Made by a program: the position numbers and the translations under genes
Notes under the pieces: generated by a model
Told to the model about the DNA's origin: nothing
Seen by the model: the letters and a program-made list of their open reading frames with translations, nothing else
Database searches by the model: none
Source: Acidimicrobiaceae bacterium
GTDB taxonomy: Bacteria > Actinomycetota > Acidimicrobiia > Acidimicrobiales > RAAP-2
Assembly (NCBI GenBank): GCA_043758265.1
Contig: JAYVNV010000206.1
Span: forward strand, 1 to 54,710
Direction: 5' to 3'
DNA length: 54,710 nucleotides
Part shown: one piece after another, positions 18,243-25,865 of the stretch
Position numbering within the stretch: position 1 is the first letter of the stretch
How the letters are laid out: each line of letters opens with the position of its first letter

Positions 18243-18273
18243 TCCTCCGTGCCAATCAACCTAAGGTGGCACA

Positions 18274-19047
18274 GTGACATCGGTGCCCCATGACTCCACC
18301 ATCGAGCTGGCCGCGCGACTCGGCGCGACTGCCCAGACCTGCACTGTCGTTTCAACCTCGATCCTTAGTCCTTCCATCCACGAGATAGTGCTGGCGGGCA
18401 ACGCGGCGGTCCTCGCCGGCACCGCGGGCAACGACGTGATGGTTCAGGTGCCCAACGCATTGGGCAAGTTGGTGCGCCGGCGCTACAGCGTACGAAGTGT
18501 CGAAGCGGACCTCGACCGCCTCACGCTGTGGGTGGGCACCGCCCACGACGGCCCGGGCAGCGCCTGGGTCCGCGAGGCGCACGCGAACGATGAGGTCGAC
18601 GTCATTGGACCCCGAGGCAAGGTCGGACTCGATCCCGACGCCGATTGGCACCTCTTCGTCGGCGACGTCACCGCACTCGCCGCCTTCTACCGGCTCGCTG
18701 GGAGCATCGAACCTCCGGGTCGAGCTATTTTCATCGTCGAGATCGACCATCCAAACGATGCGCTGACCGCGACCTTCGACGAGAGCATCGGCGTCACGGG
18801 AATCTTCGTGGATCGACGCGAGCGGGCCAAGGACGACTCTTTTGGTCTGCTGAGCGGACTATCGGCCTTCGCCTTCCCGCCCGACCGGGGTCACGGCTAT
18901 CTCTTTGGCGAGTTCCACCTTTTAAAGGCCGTACGCGCGGCGTTGCTGGACCGTGGACTCGAGGAGAGCGACCTCAGCGTCAAATCGTTCTGGCGAGCCG
19001 GACGCGACAACGCCGATCACGGCGAGCCCGACAAGGTCGACGACTAG
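18274..19047 (+). CDS. Siderophore-interacting protein (FAD-binding, ViuB/YqjH-like)
   Basis: RRRYSVR, HDGPGSAW, IGPRG, LFVGDVTAL, FGE and FWRAG motifs. Confidence 0.85.
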   Translation: MTSVPHDSTIELAARLGATAQTCTVVSTSILSPSIHEIVLAGNAAVLAGTAGNDVMVQVPNALGKLVRRRYSVRSVEADLDRLTLWVGTAHDGPGSAWVREAHANDEVDVIGPRGKVGLDPDADWHLFVGDVTALAAFYRLAGSIEPPGRAIFIVEIDHPNDALTATFDESIGVTGIFVDRRERAKDDSFGLLSGLSAFAFPPDRGHGYLFGEFHLLKAVRAALLDRGLEESDLSVKSFWRAGRDNADHGEPDKVDD

Positions 19048-20705
19048 AGGACGACGACCGCGGCGAGCAGCACTGGCTGGCGGCGGTACTTCTGACCGAG
19101 CAACCGTCCGGCGGCGCGCTGGGCGACCTTATTGAGCGACTCGGCGTCACGGTTGCCCTCGCGTAGTGCCGACTCGAGCGCGGTGCGCACTTCACTCGTG
19201 ACCGCGTCGAGCACGCCGCGGTCCGATTCGCCCTCGAACCACCCGCGCGCCGTGATTCGCACCGGTTGAATGATTGTGCCGGCGGCCTGGTCGACGCCGG
19301 CCGACACCTGCAGGACACCGTACTCGGCGAGCATTCGCCGCTCCTCGAGCGGACGCTCGTCGAGGTCGCCGGCGCTGCCGTCGATGTAGTGAAAGCCCGC
19401 CGGTACTTGCCCGGCGCGCTTTATCCCGGCGGGGGTCACCTCGATCTGGTCACCGTCTTCACAGATCAGCACGTGCTTGGGACTAAGGCCCATTGAGTGG
19501 GCCAGCTCCGCGTGGTGGACCATGTGGCGATATTCGCCGTGCACCGGCACGAAGTTACGCGGACGAACCAGCTGGTGGAAGGTGCGCAGCTCCCCCTGGC
19601 GGGCGTGGCCCGAGGCGTGGACCGGCTCGTGGCCGGAGTGGATGACTTCGGCGGCCGCGCGGTGCAGGTCGTCGATGACGCGACCGACGGTCCATTCGTT
19701 ACCGGGGATCGGGTGCGAACTGAGAATCACTGTGTCGTCGGCGCCGACCTTCAAGAATCGCGCGTCGCCGCGCGAGAGCTTCGACAAAGCTGCGAGCGGT
19801 TCGCCCTGGCTGCCGGTGCAGATAACGCAGACCTCGCCGGGCCGGTACCGGTCAATGTTCTCGATATCGATGATGTCAGCGCCGTCGACTTTCAACAAAT
19901 TCAACTTGCGCGCCAGTTTGACGTTGGACTCCATGGAGCGGCCCATCAAGACGATCTTGCGATGCTGCTCGGTCGCGACATCGATGATCTGCTGGACGCG
20001 GTGAATGTGACTGGCGAAGCAGGCAACGACCATGCGACGCTCGGGTCGCTCGAGGAAGAGCCGTCGAAGCGCCCCGCCGACCGAGCGCTCCGAAGCAGTG
20101 AAGCCCGGCTCCTCGGCATTCGTCGAGTCACAGAGCAACAGCGCGACGCCCTCATCGCCCAGGGCGGCGAGACGCGACACGTCGGTGCGGCGACCGTCGA
20201 TGGGCGTCAGGTCAAGCTTGAAGTCGCCCGAGTGCACGACAATGCCGACCTTGGTGTGAAAAGCGAGAGCGTGGGCACTCGGCACGGAGTGCGTGACCGG
20301 GATGAACTCGACGTCGAACACTCCGATCTTTCGACGCTCGCCGTCGTGGACTTCAATGAACGTGAGGTCCTTGGCGACCTTGGCCTCGGTGAGGCGATGA
20401 CGAGCGAAGCCGAGTGTCAGGGCCGAACCGTAGATCGGGACGTTGATCTCCTTCACCAGGTAGCGCAGCGCTCCCGTGTGGTCCTCGTGGCCGTGGGTCA
20501 AGACAATCGCGTCGACGCGGTCGCGCCGCTCAATCAGCCAACGAAAGTCCGGCAATATCAGGTCGACACCGTACATCGTTGGCTCAGGGAACATGAGGCC
20601 GGCGTCGACGATAACAATGCGACCGTCTTGCTCGATGGCGCAGCAGTTGCGTCCAATCTCGCCTAGTCCACCCAGGAACGTGACGCGAACGCTGTCCTTA
20701 GCCAC
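19044..20705 (-). CDS. rnj: Ribonuclease J
   Basis: LGGLGEIGRN, THGHEDH, HSGDFK, DSTNA, TGSQGEP and HASGHA. Confidence 0.96.
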   Translation of the reverse strand: MAKDSVRVTFLGGLGEIGRNCCAIEQDGRIVIVDAGLMFPEPTMYGVDLILPDFRWLIERRDRVDAIVLTHGHEDHTGALRYLVKEINVPIYGSALTLGFARHRLTEAKVAKDLTFIEVHDGERRKIGVFDVEFIPVTHSVPSAHALAFHTKVGIVVHSGDFKLDLTPIDGRRTDVSRLAALGDEGVALLLCDSTNAEEPGFTASERSVGGALRRLFLERPERRMVVACFASHIHRVQQIIDVATEQHRKIVLMGRSMESNVKLARKLNLLKVDGADIIDIENIDRYRPGEVCVICTGSQGEPLAALSKLSRGDARFLKVGADDTVILSSHPIPGNEWTVGRVIDDLHRAAAEVIHSGHEPVHASGHARQGELRTFHQLVRPRNFVPVHGEYRHMVHHAELAHSMGLSPKHVLICEDGDQIEVTPAGIKRAGQVPAGFHYIDGSAGDLDERPLEERRMLAEYGVLQVSAGVDQAAGTIIQPVRITARGWFEGESDRGVLDAVTSEVRTALESALREGNRDAESLNKVAQRAAGRLLGQKYRRQPVLLAAVVVL

Positions 20706-21594
20706 GTGATGCTCGAAGCGCGGCCACTAGTTTCGCCGCACCCTCGTCGAGCGTGACGTCGCTCGGCGCGTGGGGTAGGCGACACTGACCGGCGTCGAAG
20801 CCAAGTGCGCGCAGCACCGCCTTCGCCGGCATGGGGTTGGGGTACTCGTCGGTGCTCTCGAACGCACAACTGGCGGCGACTCGCTCGTTTATGGCACGGG
20901 CCTGTACCCACTCAGCACGCTCGAACGACGACACGATGCCAACGAACTCGCGCGCGGCCCAGTGCGCCGCCACCGAGACAATGCCGACAGCGCCGACGGC
21001 CATGAACGACAGCAGCCCAGCGTCGTCGCCGCTGTAGAGATCGAGGTCATCACCGAGGACGGCCTTCACGTGCGCGGCCGACGTGGTGTCGCCCGAGGCG
21101 TCCTTCATCGCAACGATGTTCGAGTGGGAGCGAACGAGATCAATAGTCGTCGTGGCGGCGATCTTGCGTCCGGTCCGCGAAGGTATGTCGTAGAGCATTA
21201 TTGGCAGTTCCGTGCTTTGGGCGATGGCTGAGAAATGGGCCGCAATACCCTTTTGACTTGGTCGCGCGTAGGCCGGTGTCGTGGCGAGTACGCCGCTCAC
21301 GCCAGTCGCTAGCAACTGCGATGTCAAGTTGACCGAGCGCGCCGTGTCCGACGACGTCGAGCCGGCGAGCACTGGCACCTGCACCGCGCCCGCGACGCAG
21401 GCGAACAGCTCGAGCTTTTCGGTGTCCGAGAGCGACGACCCCTCGCCAGTCGACCCGGCGATGACCAAGCCGTCGCAGCCCTCGGTCACGAGAAAGTCGG
21501 CGAGTTCAATCGCGACGTCGAAGTTAATTGTTCCGTCTGGCTTGAAGGGTGTCACCATGGCGGTGAGCACCCGACCAAAACGAGGTGTGGTCAT
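20698..21594 (-). CDS. dapA: 4-hydroxy-tetrahydrodipicolinate synthase
   Basis: AMVTPF, GSTGE, LYDIPSRTG, KDASG (Schiff-base Lys) and YSGDD. Confidence 0.94.
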   Translation of the reverse strand: MTTPRFGRVLTAMVTPFKPDGTINFDVAIELADFLVTEGCDGLVIAGSTGEGSSLSDTEKLELFACVAGAVQVPVLAGSTSSDTARSVNLTSQLLATGVSGVLATTPAYARPSQKGIAAHFSAIAQSTELPIMLYDIPSRTGRKIAATTTIDLVRSHSNIVAMKDASGDTTSAAHVKAVLGDDLDLYSGDDAGLLSFMAVGAVGIVSVAAHWAAREFVGIVSSFERAEWVQARAINERVAASCAFESTDEYPNPMPAKAVLRALGFDAGQCRLPHAPSDVTLDEGAAKLVAALRASRG

Positions 21595-21665
21595 AGTTCG
21601 AAGTTACCAGCCGGCGAACGACACTGGATTGCAAAGTTATTCATCTCTGAGCGCAGCGGGCGGAT

Positions 21666-22104
21666 TCAACGAGCGGAGTTCCACACGTCACGTTCGTGGA
21701 GAACGTAAAGCACGGGTGTCGTAGGGCACGCACTCAGCCCACTGGGAAGAAACGTCACGCGCAATACCGTCGCGAGCACGCCCACGACGAGCGTGCCGAG
21801 CGTGCCGAGGGGCACCAGCCACACGGCCCACAACCAGTCCACGGACGAGCACCGTTGGAGGATCTGTTGGGGAACGAGTTGCTGAGGTTTTGAGAAGAAG
21901 AGCACGTCGCCCTAGACCGAGCCCCACTGCAAGCACAACCCAGACACCGACGCCACCCCTCGAGAGTGCAAGCCGTCGCGCTGGTGGCCCCACTGCGACG
22001 CGCGCGGCGGGCGAGCGCACGATGATGGGTGGCGGCGCACGAAGGAGGGCACGCGAGTCCACCAGGTTGAGCCACCGCCACCTCGTTGCTCCTACAAGTT
22101 GCAC
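21666..22104 (-). other. Unresolved region: small hypothetical ORF(s) or frameshifted membrane-protein remnant
   Basis: SD-like motifs upstream; hydrophobic segments split across two frames (21688-22104 and 21666-21905); no family recognised. Confidence 0.3.
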
Positions 22105-22320
22105 ACCCCGCGTCCTCCCCCAATAATGACGATGGGCCCGCCGGACTGCATGAGCGACGCAAAATTATCTCGGGGCCAACCCGAGCGACATTTTGACCAC
22201 ACCACAACAGCGTGATTTCGGTGTCGAGGAGCCGCGCTACAAGACCTTGCTCGCCCAGTGATGCGGTCACCAATTCGCGAGGCGAGCCCAGCGTGTGACG
22301 GCACGTCACTCACTACGGCG

Positions 22321-23091
22321 TTAGTCAATCAAAGCACTGAGTCCGTCGACGAAGCGAGCCGTTGCGTCGATCGCGTCGGCCGCGATGGCAACACCAGCGA
22401 CGTAGCTCACGCGATCAAACGAGTCGTGGCGAATGGTCAACCCCTCCCCCGGGCCACCAAAAAGGATCTCCTGGTGCGCAACGAGACCGGGCAGGCGAAT
22501 CGAATGGACTTTGATGCCACCATCGGTCTTGGCGCCTCGCGCGCCAGCAACCGTGTGTCGCACGGTCGGGTCGACGATGGGTGACATCGCGGCGCCCTCG
22601 CGCGCGCGTTGGATGGCCGCTGCGGCGGCCAACGACGTGCCCGATGGCGCGTCCATCTTTCGCTCGTGGTGCAGTTCAATTATCTCCACGCTGTCAAAAA
22701 ACGGTGCGGCGAGCGCCGCGAACTTTTCGGAAAGGACCGCACCAATAGAGAAGTTGGGGGCCATCACGACGCCAACCTTCGTGGCCGACGCGACGACACT
22801 TCGACGCTGATCATCACTAAGTCCGGTCGTGCCAATGACGAGGGCGACCCCGTGCGTTGCGCACCACGTGGCCGAGGCGACGACACTATCGGGAGCCGAG
22901 AAGTCGATTACGACGTCAATGGACGAACTGTTGACGTCCTCGAGCGACGCGGCGTACGTGGCGCCAAAGAGCTCGCGCGGCTCGACAACGTCAACCAGAG
23001 CGACGATGTGGAAACGACCGAGTTGGCCGAGTCCCTCAGCTAGGGTCTGACCCATTCGCCCAGCACCGCCAACAATCACGAGAGATTTCAC
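22321..23091 (-). CDS. dapB: 4-hydroxy-tetrahydrodipicolinate reductase
   Basis: GGAGRMG, IGTTG, APNFSIG, EIIELHHERKMDAPSGT and HSIRLPG. Confidence 0.95.
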   Translation of the reverse strand: MKSLVIVGGAGRMGQTLAEGLGQLGRFHIVALVDVVEPRELFGATYAASLEDVNSSSIDVVIDFSAPDSVVASATWCATHGVALVIGTTGLSDDQRRSVVASATKVGVVMAPNFSIGAVLSEKFAALAAPFFDSVEIIELHHERKMDAPSGTSLAAAAAIQRAREGAAMSPIVDPTVRHTVAGARGAKTDGGIKVHSIRLPGLVAHQEILFGGPGEGLTIRHDSFDRVSYVAGVAIAADAIDATARFVDGLSALID

Positions 23092-25790
23092 GAACGAACT
23101 CTACCTTTCGTCTTTCGCCGGTCCTCGACCCATAAGAACGCGACCGTGCCGATCATGACGACGGTACCGATGAAGGAGGCGCCAACGCCAAATTCAATGT
23201 AGGGCGCGTCGTAGTGGAAGTGCACGATCCAATCGCCGGCGGGCACCGTCACCTGCTGGATTAATCCATTGCGCGTGACCGCCACGGCGATGCTCTTTCG
23301 CGTACGAACGTTGAGGGCGTCCGCTCGCCAACCGAGCAAGTAAGCGTCGCTTCGTTTCAGCACTACGGGCGCACTCGCGTGCACGCTCACCCAGGAGTCG
23401 CCCCACGACGCGTTACGCACGTGGGTCACCCGACTGTCACCGCTGGCCCCGACCAGCGAGTTGGCCGCCATCAGGTGGTTGACGCGAAAGACAGCGAAGG
23501 TACCGATGACGGTCTTTAGACGCCACTGCAACGAATCAATCGCCTCCTGGAACTGCGTGTCGAGGCTCATGGTCGGTAACGACCTGTCGACGGGCGCGAC
23601 TACGACGTGGAGCAAAGTGACGTTCTGCGTCGAGCGAATTTCGAATCCCGCGGCGCGCGACGTGTTGAAGTTGAACGCAACCGTCGTCTGGTTGGCGTCG
23701 GGCACGGATGTCACGGGAGTGAGCAAGTGGCCGTGCCCGTCGAATAGTTCGATCTCCATCGAGCCGTGCGACAGCACCCGCGCACCTGGGCCAGTCAGTG
23801 TGATGGATTTCACCGCCATCTCGCGCCCGAAGTAGCGCACCACCTCGTGCGAGGGTCTGGGCGTGCGACAGTTCGCCGTGGGGGGCGAATGAAGTCGTAC
23901 GTCTCGCGAAAGCAGCGCCGAAGAGATGGCGACTGTGTTGAGACGCAGTTGCCCAAACGTTCCGGCGGCGAGGCGACAGGGATAAATCGTCGATTGGGAG
24001 TGAGTGCCAGTCAAGTTGTCGTAGGTCCTCGAGATGAGCGATCCGTAGCCCTGGACGCTCGCCAATCCCGTAAACACGTTCATGTTAGGCACCCCCAACG
24101 CCTCATAGGCCCGCTGGTGGGACCCGCCGTTGTCGACCAGGGCGAAGCGGCCGCTGTCCCCGAGGATCGCCACCGCGTAGGCGCGCGAGGGCATCGTCGC
24201 GGCGAACTGGCCGAAGGTCGCTGTAGTGGAGAGTCCGACGAAGACAATGACGTCGAGCGTCAAGACAGTGAACAACGTGCGCAGTAGGCGTGTCGAGTGG
24301 CGCCAGTAAAGCACCGTGATCACCGCAGTGAGGGCGATGACGAGATGGGCGCCGTAGGAGAGGCGCTCGTCCGTGGCCAGGTGGAGTTGCCCGCGAAGGA
24401 CGCCGAGGTAGGCGAGGAATGTGGGTCCCCAGACGAGCAGTCCCGTCGAGAACGCAACAATCGCCAGCGCCGGTGCCACGGTGACCCACTTCGCGCCACC
24501 CTCCAAACCGGCCTCGTCGGTGCGCCGCGATTCCAGACTGTTGAACCACCAGCCGAGCACGACGGCGAGCGCGAAGTCGACGAGGACGACGTTACGACTC
24601 TGCAGGCGCGTGCTACCAAAGAGCGGGATTGCGCGGAAGAGGTGGCCCATTGGTGTGTACGCGCCCCACGTCGCGAACAGACCAACGACCCCAATGACCA
24701 CGTAGAGCACGTAGTCGCGTTCGCGGCCCATCCAGCCCCGTCGGGTCACCCGAGTGAGAAAGGCGAAGAACGCCATCAGCGCGAGGACGCCGGCGTAGCC
24801 GGTCACCTCGGGCAGGTTGTAGTTCGCGAAGTAGCTGGGCTGGCCGAGCGCACCGTTGCCCCCAAAGATGTCGGGCACGAGGAGCAGCGACGTCCATCGC
24901 ACGGCCAGCGAACCGGTGCCAAAGAAATGGTACGTCACTACCGAGCGCTCCGAGGAGTCAATGAACGACCAGCCCGGCAACAGCTGCACGAGGCCAATTG
25001 TGATCCCCCAGGTGAGACCGACTGCCACTGCGATCACGTAGGCGACGCGCGCGCGCAGGGTACCCATTGAGTAGGAGGAGCGTAGTACCAGTACCGCCGG
25101 CGCGACAATCAAAGTCAAGAGTTCAAGGTCGGCAATGGCGCGTGGCTCACCGGTGAGAAAGGTCATCGCCCAGATGAAGCCGTATCCGAGAGCCCAGGGC
25201 AGGCAGACGCGCGCGTAGCAGAGCCAGCGTTCACCGGCGTCGATGAGCGCGAGGCGACGAGAGAGCGACACGAGGATCAACACGGTCCAGGGGATGAAGG
25301 AGAAGCCCTGCACGACACCGAGGTGCACCAGCTGGCCGCCCATGGCGCCCGAGTACGCGAAGCTCAGTGCCGCGGCGAGGGCTGAGAGCGTACGCACGCC
25401 GTGCCACCGTAGGAGGGCGAAGAGGCCGCTCGACGCGACGAGGAAGACACAGATGAGATTGATGAGCCACGCCGCGATCGCGGGTAGCACCGCGAAAATC
25501 ATCGTGAGCGGATAGAGCGCGCCGGCGTTGAGCCCCCCAAGTAGCGGGGTGCCCGAGTTGGCGTACGGATTGAGGAGCGGCAAGTGACCGCTCAGGATCT
25601 GACGGCCGGCAAGGACGCGCAGCGGGAAGTTTTGAATCAGGTTGTCACCGACAATTGCCGGATGACCGAACAGTGCCGGTACGACAAACAGGAGCGTCGG
25701 CACCGCCAGCAGCGACCACAGCGCCCGGCGGTCACGGGTACGCAGCGGTCGCCACCACGGCGTCTCGTGCGAGGGAGAAACGAGACTCAT
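23088..25790 (-). CDS. YfhO-like polytopic membrane protein (putative GT-C glycosyltransferase)
   Basis: About 14 TMs; GDNLIQNFP, LPLLNPYANSGTP..LYP and C-terminal AYLLGWRA...VPAGDWIVHFHY patterns. Confidence 0.72.
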   Translation of the reverse strand: MSLVSPSHETPWWRPLRTRDRRALWSLLAVPTLLFVVPALFGHPAIVGDNLIQNFPLRVLAGRQILSGHLPLLNPYANSGTPLLGGLNAGALYPLTMIFAVLPAIAAWLINLICVFLVASSGLFALLRWHGVRTLSALAAALSFAYSGAMGGQLVHLGVVQGFSFIPWTVLILVSLSRRLALIDAGERWLCYARVCLPWALGYGFIWAMTFLTGEPRAIADLELLTLIVAPAVLVLRSSYSMGTLRARVAYVIAVAVGLTWGITIGLVQLLPGWSFIDSSERSVVTYHFFGTGSLAVRWTSLLLVPDIFGGNGALGQPSYFANYNLPEVTGYAGVLALMAFFAFLTRVTRRGWMGRERDYVLYVVIGVVGLFATWGAYTPMGHLFRAIPLFGSTRLQSRNVVLVDFALAVVLGWWFNSLESRRTDEAGLEGGAKWVTVAPALAIVAFSTGLLVWGPTFLAYLGVLRGQLHLATDERLSYGAHLVIALTAVITVLYWRHSTRLLRTLFTVLTLDVIVFVGLSTTATFGQFAATMPSRAYAVAILGDSGRFALVDNGGSHQRAYEALGVPNMNVFTGLASVQGYGSLISRTYDNLTGTHSQSTIYPCRLAAGTFGQLRLNTVAISSALLSRDVRLHSPPTANCRTPRPSHEVVRYFGREMAVKSITLTGPGARVLSHGSMEIELFDGHGHLLTPVTSVPDANQTTVAFNFNTSRAAGFEIRSTQNVTLLHVVVAPVDRSLPTMSLDTQFQEAIDSLQWRLKTVIGTFAVFRVNHLMAANSLVGASGDSRVTHVRNASWGDSWVSVHASAPVVLKRSDAYLLGWRADALNVRTRKSIAVAVTRNGLIQQVTVPAGDWIVHFHYDAPYIEFGVGASFIGTVVMIGTVAFLWVEDRRKTKGRVRS

Positions 25791-25805
25791 TGGTTCTACG
25801 CTACG

Positions 25806-25856
25806 AAAAACGATGAGGCCCGTGCTGCACGGTCGCGAGGACCGTGCAGCACGGGC
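25806..25856 (-). terminator. Hairpin terminator downstream of pnp
   Basis: 17-bp perfect stem (25818-25834 with 25840-25856), 5-nt loop, T5 run a few nt downstream on the - strand. Confidence 0.75.
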
Positions 25857-25865
25857 GTGCAGGAG

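Noticed and set aside
18262-18280. Possible DtxR/IdeR box at the SIP gene
   Set aside because: Only the TAAGGT half matches; better explained as a -10 hexamer
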